Positions 11,730 to 22,747 of a stretch of 64,000 nt of DNA are shown in pieces. The notes beneath the pieces are model-generated. The model had not been told where the DNA came from, ran no database searches, and was given only the letters and a program-made list of their open reading frames with translations. Both the position numbers and the translations under genes were made by a program. How positions within the stretch are numbered: position 1 is the first letter of the stretch; each line of letters starts with the position of its first letter. The stretch is from Octopus bimaculoides (lineage: Eukaryota): assembly GCF_001194135.2 (NCBI RefSeq), contig NC_068982.1, positions 180,697,940 to 180,761,939 of the forward strand. Direction: 5' to 3'.

Positions 11730-12010
11730 CCAGTTCTATATTTAAGAGATGGGGAATTATGTACCGTGGAAACGAAAATGGCTGTGTACAGTGCTTGCGT
11801 CTTCAGCACCCTGCTATACGACAGCGAGACATGGACCGCGTACGCCCAACAGGAGAAACGGTCCAACACCTTCCACCTCAGAAGCCTCCGACGCATACTT
11901 GGCATCCTCTGGCAAGACAAAGTAACTAATACTGACGTTCTGTCTCGTGCTGGCCTTCCCACCATGCTCACCTTACTATGTACATTATTTACATTATTTA
12001 CATTATTTAC
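11730..12010 (-). mobile_element. Family 1 element, copy C (terminal segment only), interrupted by an RTE fragment
   Basis: CAGTTCTATATTTAAGAGATG.GGAATTATGTAC...TATGTACATTATTTACATTATTTAC matches the terminus of copy A. Flanked by a 12-bp direct repeat ATATATGAGCAT (11718-11729 and 12011-12022). Confidence 0.8.
11765..11976 (+). mobile_element. Internal fragment of an RTE-clade (BovB-like) LINE, post-RT region
   Basis: Translates ETKMAVYSACVFSTLLYDSETWTAYAQQEKRSNTFHLRSLRRILGILWQDKVTNTDVLSRAGLPTMLTL, a typical RTE thumb/C-terminal region. Flanked by TATGTAC direct repeats (11758-11764 and 11977-11983). Confidence 0.88.
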
Positions 12011-12205
12011 ATATATGAGCATGTCTAGATAAGAATACACACATAATAATACACGCATAAAACATACAAATCTGCACATACATGCATACATAATGCAAAA
12101 ATACCCTGTTGTTGATGTTGAAATTCCAGTGAAGGAGCCGTGGATCTAAGTTAGAAACCGGTTCTTTCTCTATTGGTAAGAAATCTTGAAGTAAACTGAA
12201 TAAAA

Positions 12206-12226
12206 ACACACAAACACACACACACA

Positions 12227-12269
<43 letters not shown>

Positions 12270-12302
12270 ACACACACACACGCACACACACACACACACA
12301 CA
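12206..12302. repeat. (CA)n microsatellite
   Basis: Direct inspection. Confidence 0.95.
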
Positions 12303-12529
12303 CCGGTAATATCTCTTAGTAATATTAATTTATACCGGAAACAAAATATATAATGAATATAATAAAAGCTGACAATCTTTTTACCTTATATTTATTTTCT
12401 AAACACATAATACAATATGACATAAGCAGTTTATTATGTTTGTTTTTTTCTACAAACTCACCGCGTACCGGCAGCTGATGGCTTGCAGGTCGGCACTGGT
12501 CCGCGGACCACCATTTTGAGTAGTACTAG
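12301..12529 (-). mobile_element. One end of a hAT (Charlie-like) non-autonomous DNA transposon
   Basis: The reverse complement of 12498-12529, CTAGTACTACTCAAAATGGTGGTCCGCGGACC, resembles Charlie-type termini (CAGTG.TACTCAAAGTGTGGTCC). The partner TIR was not found. Confidence 0.45.
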
Positions 12530-13684
12530 TCAAGAGTATTTATATGTCTGTTGCGTTTTTGCCCAGTTTAACGCAAAACTTTATTGTACAGGGAGCTTTC
12601 AAATAGTCTTTATGCTTCTACTACTTTCTACAAACTAGCAGGATGTGACAAGCAATGTGTGACTAAAGTGATGTTACAACTGTCTCCTACAGTCTTAAAT
12701 AAAAAAAAAAAGTTGACAGTTTAGCTTATTAAATTTTTTGTAATTATATATTTTAATTATAATAATCTTGAGCACTTATTATGATTGCACTCCCGCCTGA
12801 TAAAAGTGTCAAAACTACTGGAATGCCCCTCGTATATTCTATAGTTAAGTATTACTTGATAATGTATTACATGACACTATATCATATGCATGTAGCAAAT
12901 GCAAATATCATCTGTTGATGTATCTATCACAAGGCGATTTATGTATCATATGAAATGAAAGGCTTTGTCTTACCTGTGTTCAACGTGCTATTCTTACAAC
13001 CTAGACCTTCTAAAGCTCACCGGGATCAAACAGTGACTTTTACAGGGACTCCGTTAAACTATTTTCTCCGACGCTGAACCTCGAATTAGCTTTTATCTTA
13101 ACTGTTCACTGGTCTTTAAAAAAATCTGTGTAAACAGTCTTCCAAACACTACTAGCCACTACTCCTCAAACAACATGATATTTTATGTAACACTGCTGCA
13201 AACATGCCACTACGTTGCTCTCTAGTTTTTATTAACTACATATTGTACTTACACATTGATTATACACGCACTCATGCACACAGACAAATACACAAAGACA
13301 CGCACATACACGCAAACGCAGGTGCACAGATAGAAGCACAAACATAAAAACAAAGAGTCACATACAAATCCAAATGATCCTGCACATGCATGCTCAAAGG
13401 TACACGATAGAATCTTGCAGTTGCACCTCCTCAATCACATCCAACACATCTTCACATGCACATGCTATGTTTGAAATATCGGTTAAGCGATCAAAAGTTT
13501 CTTTCCATTACCATCAAGGAGTATACTGAATGTTTAATTCTTATTCCCACCTTCGGGATCACTCATTTAAGAACTTTTGAAACAAGTGACTCCTTATTCT
13601 ATTGACTCAAGGTGGTGTATTTGTAATGTGGAAAACATAGTCAGTAATAATGACAGTACCAAGGCAAATTGTACTACTAAATTC

Positions 13685-13848
13685 ATTGGTCTCGTATTTT
13701 GCCACAAGGTCAGCAAGTTCGTGGAAAGGCGTTAGTCGATTACATCAACCCAATGCTAAACTGTCACTTACTTCATCGATCCCGGAAGGACGGAAGGGAA
13801 AGCCGCTATGCATTTTGCCCGGCTTGCTAACGATTCTGCCAACTCACC
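13685..13848 (-). mobile_element. tRNA-derived SINE (family S1), internally deleted
   Basis: Reverse complement has the head GGTGAGTTGGCAGAATCGTTAGCAAGCCGGGCAAAATGC and the S1 3' region. Confidence 0.7.
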
Positions 13849-15639
13849 GACTTGTACAACTAAATATTTTAAAATTCAATGAATTTTCTATGTATTATAC
13901 CTTGAGTAACGTGAAGATGAATCAGAGAAGATGTATGACAGTTGTTTAAATGAAAAAAATATCATTCAATAGAAAGAGGAATTAAATTGAATACAAATCT
14001 CTGTCTGTGCATATGATATATATGCATGAGGGTGTACGTGCCTTGTATGTTTATTTGTGTATTTATGTCTAATTTATCATATTCCTATATATAATGATAT
14101 TTTAGACTTATGGTCCGAAACATCTGACAGGTGAAAAATCTGACCTTTAGATCATTAGAAATAGCAAACAATATGCTAATATAACCTCCCCAGAGATATC
14201 ATATCGATATTACAAGTAATATTGTCTTCCGTGATCTTGTGTCACTCTCTTATTGTACTGTTTAATATGGCACATTGTCAATTGAATGCGTAACATTATA
14301 TGTCTGCAAGAAGAAATATTGCAATCACATTAGAATGAAAGAATATATAGACTTACTAAATTAATCAGCTGAATAATTAAAAACAAACATCTGCAAAAGG
14401 AAGACAGAAATTTTGTGTGTAATCTAGTATCGTAAACGTTCAGCTGCCACAGAAACACTATACTAATATGCTAAATAAAGTATAAGAAACTTAGTGATGT
14501 GTGAGATTAGTTAAGTATATTTATAACATATTACTTAGTCTATCTGCCGTAACTGTTTATCTATTAATTGGCATTGTTTAGTCTAAGCTTGTTCTTTCTA
14601 CTGAACACAAATTGTAAAACGTTTGTCATTTCAACTGAAAAAAATCTTCTTCCAATAGTTACAAGAATGTAATTAAATAAGATCTGTTATTTTTTTTTTT
14701 ACAAAAATATATATATATATCCTAAAAGAAGATCACTATAATTAACGAAGATACAAGAGCGTTGTTTGTTGATTTAGTGCTGTATAATTATATGCACTTC
14801 TTTTCACTTTTCGATGTTTATTGTATCATGCGAAAAACAGTAATTATGTATGACGCAATGGTTCTTAAAGGTTATTCCTTCCAGAAAATGCAGCATACGA
14901 ATGACTTACCATTGTTTAACTACTACTACTACTACTACTATAACTGCTGTTGTTGTTACATCTGGTGTGGCAGATACTACTGCTGCTATTGTAGTTGATG
15001 ACGATGGTAATAGTGATAGAATAGGTAGACCAGGTATCATTTTAAACGAGATAAAAAACAATACCGCATAATTGTTGCAGCAATTCCATCACAAAAAAAT
15101 ATTCCGGACATAGCAGGTAGAAAATATTTCGGAATATGCTGATTCATAAAATAAATATCAGTGATATCTGGATCCCCAATAACACAAGTAAAAACCATAA
15201 CAGTTTTCATTACACAATCAGAATCTATCCCCATCCACCCAAAAACGAAGTTTCGTATCTTCTGGAACACTTAACACAGTTCATATTCTTAGGAAATACA
15301 CGTTCTATTTAAGGCATTTTGCTAAGTCTGGTCACGGCGAAATCCAGTATTTGATATCAATGCTGTGCCATAACGAGGTTTGATAATCGCTTCACAAAGC
15401 AATCGTCCTGCACCAAGACTCTATCAATATATCTCATCAGCAGGGATGGAATAGATCCACAATGCCGATTCTGTAGAAAATATAAAGAAATATTGATCAC
15501 ACAGCCTTTGGTTACTTGTTAATAGCAATGACCGAATGCATCCACAAGCATAACATGATAGAGACGTAACTGTATTTAACATTATGTAGGGGAGATTAAT
15601 TAAAAAAAAACACTGAGAGATGGTATAAGCATAACTCAA

Positions 15640-16010
15640 ACATAATCACTGAAAATAATGAATATACCATCCCCTAGGATATGCCCATCCGCACTGACAG
15701 AGAGGTAAATACCAATAGACTTCAGGTTATTATCAAGGATAAGAGGAACAAATGGTGTATAACTATCGCCATTGCAATACCTACTGAAAGAAATACCGCC
15801 ACGCAAACCTAATACAAATACTTGAGGATCAAAATCACCAAGACGTGCAACATGAAGGTAAAGCAATACCTGTGGTGGTTGGAGCACTAGAACTTATGAA
15901 AAATAGCATCGAAATATTCACCATCTGTATCACTGGAAATATTGATATTTATGCAGTCTAGAAGATAGCATCCATTGTAACCGCTTACAAAATACTGAGA
16001 TTGCTGTCAA
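15640..16010 (+). mobile_element. R4/Dong-like RLE domain fragment, decayed
   Basis: Reads ..IP*DMPIRTDREVNTNRLQVIIKDKRNK..IAIPTERN..YKYL..AIPVVVGAL..ITGNIDI..KIASIVTAYKIL, the RLE C-terminal region. Confidence 0.8.
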
Positions 16011-17639
16011 TCAAAAGACAATCGGGCTCTCGTTCATTGGAGATAGATTCACCAACATCTCACATAGCCTTCTTTCGCCAGATGTATGTTTCCTCGCACG
16101 TTTTGGTTACTTTCTACAATATTAAGGGGTAGTAACTGGTATTTTTGCATATTTAGGGGGAACTACACCAATTCTCAAATACCTCACAAGGGGTTGGGTT
16201 GGGTTGGTACTTCTGTTCTCTCGTAGCTCTTTTGCCACTGGTTTTGCTGTTAGTGTCGACACTTATACTTTCTATCACTCCTGTCATATTAGCAATTTTT
16301 ACTGACTGACAGAGATGTCTTTGTATTCTGTGTGTCACCAGGAAATGGAAAGTCGCAGTTTTATCGATAAATCCAGAGTTACACCACGTGCCACCTTAGG
16401 AGAAGCAGACTGCATTTTGTTTCTCTTGCAATACAGTGTTCAAACCATTCGTCGAAAGCCCTAAAATGTTATTACAGTCATACATTGGATGAGAAGTTTG
16501 CTTTTGGTGTTTTTCCTTAAGGTTGTAGCAGCTCCAAGTATATAGCATAACTCAGGGATTATATCACTTGCAATTTCATAAAAACTTGTATTTCCATGAG
16601 AAACTTAACATACCATGTATATGCGAAGGTTATCTCGGTTTTTAACGACCTATATTACACCATGAAAGAGACTACGAGTAAATACTCCATGTTGTCACCG
16701 TTGTGCATTTTGTCTCACTAAATCATTTGACCAGTTTATGGATATATGTCTCGTACTATTCGGACTTGTACTATGTACCGCTATATTCTGAAAGTAAAGT
16801 AAATGGTACTAATGCTCTCGTTTAACCCATTAAAGATTTTACGCAAACATTTTGTGAGAGCTGTCTCCAGCCTTTCGTTGGATGGTCCAGCACAAACCTC
16901 TGTAGCTTTGCAAGGTTTTAGCATATTAAAGTTTTCCTTTTTCCAAACCTAGGTGAAAAGTTTTGAGACAGAAGCGCCTGTCTAATTATAAAATGCGTCC
17001 ACGTATTTGTAATCTCCATGAAATGATACATGTCCAAGGAAGCAACATATCAAACTACAAAATTGTGAGCGATGTGGCTTGTTTTGTATTCACAACACTG
17101 TCGCGTGAAAATTTCTGTGTACGTGAGCTGTTGTTGATGTCAAACATGACGCTTGTAATGCAACGCATTTTTTTTCTTTTGCTGAATCGACATTCTTTTC
17201 ATTTTCTGCAGTTTATGCGTTTATGCATTCAATATTATTTTTTCAAAGTTTTCTTTCTCATTCTTTTTAGGACCTGTTTTGCGCTGCTACAAAAATATCT
17301 TTCGAGCGATGGGGCCTGGATGTCGGAGGGAATGTTTCAAAGAAACTTTAACTGTGAATAAAAATTAGTGCTATTTCAAAAAGCAAGCGTGGTGTCCATA
17401 AGTTGCTAAATGATATACATAGTTCAATCGAAATTTCTCTAATGAGTAAATATATTTCATGCCAGAGTCTAATATATAGCTAAGCATCAAGAACAAGTAT
17501 AATGATTATACTTAAGTAAAATCACTCATCCCTAAGTTTCTTATACTTTATTTTGTATATAACTATCGCGGAAATACGACAGACTATGAGCCCAGTTTGT
17601 ATAGTCTTCTCTATGAATTTTATGACTCCATGCCAGAAT

Positions 17640-18640
17640 TGTTAGGTGGCTACTTGGCAGACGTCTAGCATTACTGGCAGCAGAACTGGAGAACTACTTG
17701 TCCTGTTAAGCGAGGTGTACTAGGACTAGTGAGGAAGGATACCCATGTACAGGACATGCTAGCCGACATACTAGATTTTTGCTAAGTTTTTAGCAAAAAT
17801 GCTGGCAGTTGTCGTCGGTCGTCTGATCAGGAAGCTTAAAGTTATGCTATCCCCACAGGTATACCCACGAGACATTCCACCTTATTCGATACATCTTAGA
17901 AAGTTCTAGGACTAAAGCCGACTGCAGTGCGTTTCTGATCAATTCGAATCAATACAAAGCTTTCGAATGCGTCGACCATCTCTGCTTGCAAGCCGTCCAG
18001 AAGTAGATTAGTTTCGGAAGATAGATCGCGGCAATGACCAATGACATCTCTTTGGCGGTCAAAATAAAAAGGCCATCTGTCGGAACTGTTTCAAATCCTA
18101 CCCACCGTCCGACAGGGCTGCCTGCTGTCGCCTCTTGTGCACGTGCTTATTCTTGAGCCACTTCTGAGGAAGTTGGAACAGTTCAGGGGCGTTCCTTTCG
18201 AACCGGGACACTGGAAGATAGCATAGGTGTACGTGGACAACGTTACCACCATGGTATCGGTTGCCTCCGTAGTGGAGTCGGTCGGCATCATTCTACGGAA
18301 ATATACGTCGGGGAGACCAGGCGTCAAAGTAAACAAACCGGCTAGTCTGTTTCGGAGGACTTTCCAATCGGAGACCACCATCGATACTTTGCAAATATCC
18401 TTGGCTTCACAGGGCTTTCGAGGGGCACTACCTGTTCGAAATAAGCTGTAGAGGCATGGATGTGCTCTCGGACGGGCATGTCCGACGTCCACACAGAGCG
18501 ACTAAACTGTTGTACATGCATTCATTCAGTGTCGATTTGTGAAGTGATGTCGAAAAGCTGCTATCGTGTGTAGGACGGATCAGTTTCTTAGCCGAGTCAA
18601 TAGTGATGATAGTCACCCTACTTTAGTCAGACAGGTAAGA
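17640..18640 (+). mobile_element. L1/Tx1-clade LINE reverse transcriptase fragment, decayed
   Basis: IFAKFLAKMLAVVVGRLI..FHLIRYIL..LINSNQYKAFECVDH..VRQGCLLSPLVHVLILEPLLRKL..*VYVDNVTTMVS. These are RT domains 2-5 with an L1/Tx1-like LALEPL motif. Confidence 0.8.
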
Positions 18641-18989
18641 TAGTTATCCTTCGCCTGTTGGCTGTAGCGAAAGAAGTTGTTTGGTGAACGAGGTTGGTAC
18701 AGCCCTCATCAACGTTTTCAAGTTTAACTGGAAAAGGAAAGTGTGAGCAGAAAAAGAGGTGCTATCTTCAAGTGAATTTATTGAAATGCAGGTGAAAGGG
18801 GCAAAAATGGCATAAACCTGCCTGCAGAAGAACAATAATTGCAGAAGGCATTTCCCATGATGTTAAATGAGGTCTTGGATGGTGGGGTTGTACGATCGTT
18901 ACTAAAAAATTTCTATATCAGGAGGATTAAATAATCTTCATACTTTTTATTTCACTGCTGTGTACTACGGGTATACTTTTTGGAAGCAG

Positions 18990-19745
18990 AGAAAACAGAG
19001 ATTGAACAATTGGAAACTTGAAAATAATGCATAGCCAATACCTCAGAGAAAAGGAAGGGAAACACAAGATCTACACATGTAGATGGCTAAGGGAAAGTGA
19101 TCTGAAAGGCATTGGCATGCAGCACCCAGGAACTAGTGCTGAAAACGAATTACACCAAGTTTTAAATAGATGAGAGCAGTAAATCACCTTTTTATAGGAT
19201 GTGTGACAGCAAAAACGAAACGATCTTCATATTGTGAGTGAGTATAGGTAACTGGCCCAAAAGGAATACAAAAGGAAGTATGATAACGTAGCTAAGTTTG
19301 TTCGCCGGAGGTTGTGTGAGAAGTACGACTTTGAAAGAACAGAGAAATAGTACGAACATAAACCAGAAGGCTTTCACTAAGAATAATCAGTATCAGATCT
19401 TATGAGATTTTGCAATCCAGTGTGATTCACTGATTGAGGATCGGAGACCAGACATTTTTGTAGTGGATAGAAGGAAGAAAGAAACCAACATCATACATAC
19501 TGCTATATTTAGAGATGCACGAGTAAGTGACAAAGAACTGGAAAAGATTGAAATGTCCACGGCTACTAAAAAAATGAACCTGCACAAATGTGGGTAATGA
19601 AGAGAATGGTAGTCATCCCAGTAGGCTTAAGAGTTTGGAAGCATTAACAACAAGTTTTGAGAAATTTGTAACACGAGGGTAGAGCATACTTCAAAAACTG
19701 CTTTATTAGTGATAATGAGGATTTTGAGATTGCTACTTGGGTGTA
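18990..19745 (+). mobile_element. R4/Dong-like element C-terminal fragment (CCHC and RLE), decayed
   Basis: MHSQYLRE..WLRESDLK..LKTNY..RMCDSKNETI..LAQKEYKRKYDNVAK..YEHKPE..DFAIQCDSLIEDRRPDIFVVDRRKKE. Confidence 0.85.
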
Positions 19746-22159
19746 AAGAGACTATTGAAAAACAGGTTGTTGTCCGCCTTTTCAAAATTAACAGGGTCTA
19801 GAGCTCTGAGAAGTTGGAGGTAACGTGAAAACTGGAAGTAAATGTGAGAAGAGGGCGGTGCTTCAGGTAACTAAAGAAGAATTAGTAATATGAAGACATC
19901 TGTTGCCAGTGACCAGAGAAAAGAGCGATATGGTAGAAAACTTGGAAGGAAGTAACGAAGACATCAAGTTATCTCAAAGCTTAGACAATAGAGATTGGAG
20001 GAAAGTATCAATAACATAGATAAGCATAAAGGCGATGCGAACAACAGGGTTAGCAAACAAGGATAGTGCTCAGTAGGGTGGGAAGGAAGGGAGTGTATAG
20101 CGCGTTGATAAGAGTGGAAACATAGTTAGGAGAGGGAGAGAATCATTATATTGTATTTCTGTTGTTAGGGCTGAGAATTAAAGAAAAAGTAAAAGGTTGC
20201 TAGTTCTGATGGTAGAAGTATAACAAATCAAGATAAAGGGGTTTTGTAGGATGTATGTCCTTGCATGGAAATTACATTAGAGAAGTGATTTTGTAGGGAG
20301 ACCTCTTGGCTCCCTACACCCTGCAAGGTGAAAAGCAAGGCCCATCAATGGACGAATGAACACAGGTGCGTCAACGGCTATCCAATCACTCGTTTTATAT
20401 GCATATACGCTCGCACACGCACGCAGATATATATGTATATATACATGTATGATTTTGACTCATGTTTGCAAGTGTGTATATGAACATGTTACAGGTCAAA
20501 CTGCTGGAATATTTCAGATATATTAATAATTTCTTTAAAAGCCTATAACTGTATTTCCTTAATTAGCTTTGTGCATTGGGTATCTGTGAAACGCATCTGT
20601 TTAAGAATGAGAAATAATTTAGCCGTCATTTACGTAACCAAGTGACTCAAAGATAACAAGTATAATCTTAATTTGTAGACCGGATTTAATATTTGTTCAA
20701 TAAATATCAAAATATTTCTTGAATCTTAACACTATTTTAACCTTTTCTGGACAACTGACTGCTACTACATTGCACCATTTCTTTTCCTCATTCAAGAAAA
20801 CCTGATATATTTATATCAGGTTTGTAAATATTACCTTTTATCAGGTTTACAAACATTTACCTTTTACAGTAGCTCACATTGTGAGCTACTGATATATTGT
20901 AAAGAATTATGAGGACCACACATCTTAAATATAGTTGCAATATTTACGCATTTTTGTCCAAGTGTCTCGATATCATATAATTTCAACCATTTCTGAACAT
21001 TTATAACATTTCTCTTTGAATATTGATGAAGTTTTCAGGTCATTGAGAGAAACGTTACCGTTATTTTGGCCATACATCATCCCCATATAAACCGTATCGT
21101 TTTGCTACAATATATTTTCAATTTGCTCGCACAAATGCTATTTGCCAGGTTGGTGCTATCGTCTCCATGTTCAACAATGAAATATCATTCAGATTTCTTA
21201 GCAAAAAGCATCCTTTACTGCTAGTGAAATTAACATTAATCAGTGCTATACTTCTTGAAATATACATCTGTTATATATTTTGCACATTCCATTCGGGTAT
21301 GCAATTGGTTCGTAGTTCTTACTATATGCGTGGATACAATTGTTTTTTTCTTTTGCGCCAGATTTGTTTTTGCGAACGGAAGTTACTTCGGAATATTATA
21401 TCATGATTGATCGGCTTCTGGTAAATGTCAATAAGATAAAGCTGAACGGAGGCTAGTTCTTTTTTATTTGTAGTCAACAATCAAGTATACTTCTGGTGTA
21501 TTCTTGTAGCTCAGGTTTTATCTCACAGCTTTCAAGAACATCAGAAACATCACTGTATGCTTTAGATGTATTTCAGTAATTATATTTCTTGCAGAATACT
21601 ATCAACATAGCATCCTATTACAAATCCTGTTTCGCATTCTTGTAACTTTTACTCCGGAGTCAATCCATGTCCTCTTGAGAAGACACCTCTATAACTTATA
21701 CCAACCATTATTTTTGTCTGTCATGATAATTCATGCCCATTTACTTTTCTTTCGTTCAGACTGAATATCTTTAAAAATTATTCTTCTCTAAACTAATTTC
21801 TTATGAATTTTCTTTCTTTTCTCTTTTCTTTCCTCTTTCCCATTATTTATTTATTTTTACTGTGATCGTTTAATATCTGTTTAAGTGAAATTAATTTATA
21901 TTCAAGAGTTCTCCTTTCTGCTATCTTTAAATATTATTTCGACTTCAATTTTCAATTATTGTTGGTTAAAAGTGTTCTTTATTTGTATATAATCGAGAAG
22001 TATCGCTGCATAGCGAACGATAGCCTGCATTTGTTCTTTACGTTTGCTTTTGAATAATAACATATTTACGAAACTTACTGTTACTAGGCTATCATAAATT
22101 CACTCAATTCTCAAAGCGCCACTCACAGATACAGGAAAATAGTTAATTGGCGTTCTGAG

Positions 22160-22600
22160 AAATTATCATATAGCTGCTGCTCCAATATGAAGAGTATCGT
22201 TACACGTAGTCAATGCCAGGAGCCTGTATCCAGCTGCACTCTTGAGATCTAGGATCATGTACACTTGGCCAACAATATATGACTAAATCTATTACATATG
22301 AGGCAGAAGTTACTGCAACCACAAATGATAAGAGAACCTATATTGGTTATGCGAAAGTGAATTTAAGAATCGCTATGCCAATCACATAGCCTACTTCCGA
22401 CTTAGAGACAAAAGTAAAATTACTAAATTGGCTAGCTACGCATGGCCTTTGAAAGATAATGAAACACCGTATGTGATTAAATGAAAAGTATTTGAAAAAT
22501 CTATACCTGGATCGAATAAACATAGGTTTCGTTTGTCTGAAAGAATGCAGATCCTGTTTAGCTCGATTACTTTTTGGCAGCTGAGTGAACAGAGAAATTT
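22160..22600 (+). mobile_element. Penelope-like element GIY-YIG endonuclease fragment
   Basis: KLSYSCCSNMKSIV..MTKSITYEAEVTATTNDKRTYIG..EFKNRYANHIAYFRLRDKSKITKLASYAWPLKDNETPYVIK*KVFEKS; typical PLE GIY-YIG domain with frameshifts. Confidence 0.85.
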
Positions 22601-22703
22601 GAATTGAAGTGATTTGATCAAGTATACAACCCTCCACCCACCAGGAATTGAAATCTTAACCTTACGGACATTAGTATTACACCATAACCTCTAAACCACA
22701 CGT

Positions 22704-22747
<44 letters not shown>

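Larger units (their letters stand above)
9491..12206 (+). mobile_element. R4/Dong-like non-LTR retrotransposon, 5' truncated and inactivated (RT, CCHC finger, RLE, 3' UTR)
   Basis: RT motifs KAPGRD, YRPIAC, EQAG, WLDYKKSFDSVPH, GIFRGDTFS and RLYIKRKQGGRGL; CCHC finger CRLCGVHTEDITHIIRSC (about 11126-11179); RLE motif RPDIMIWDREDKLCKVVEISC. ORF remnant ends at TAA 11713-11715. Frameshifts and stops; the UTR ends AATAAAAA before (CA)n. Confidence 0.92.

Noticed and set aside
15100-15430. Possible additional R4-like 3' end (..TVHILRKY)
   Set aside because: Only one short motif; upstream RLE motifs were not recovered.
16963-17361. 132-aa plus-strand ORF
   Set aside because: Phe/Leu-rich composition reflects T-rich DNA; no recognisable domain or coherent splice signals.
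20292-20318. 9-bp hairpin TGTAGGGAG/CTCCCTACA
   Set aside because: A stem of this length is expected by chance in 64 kb and has no associated terminal motif.
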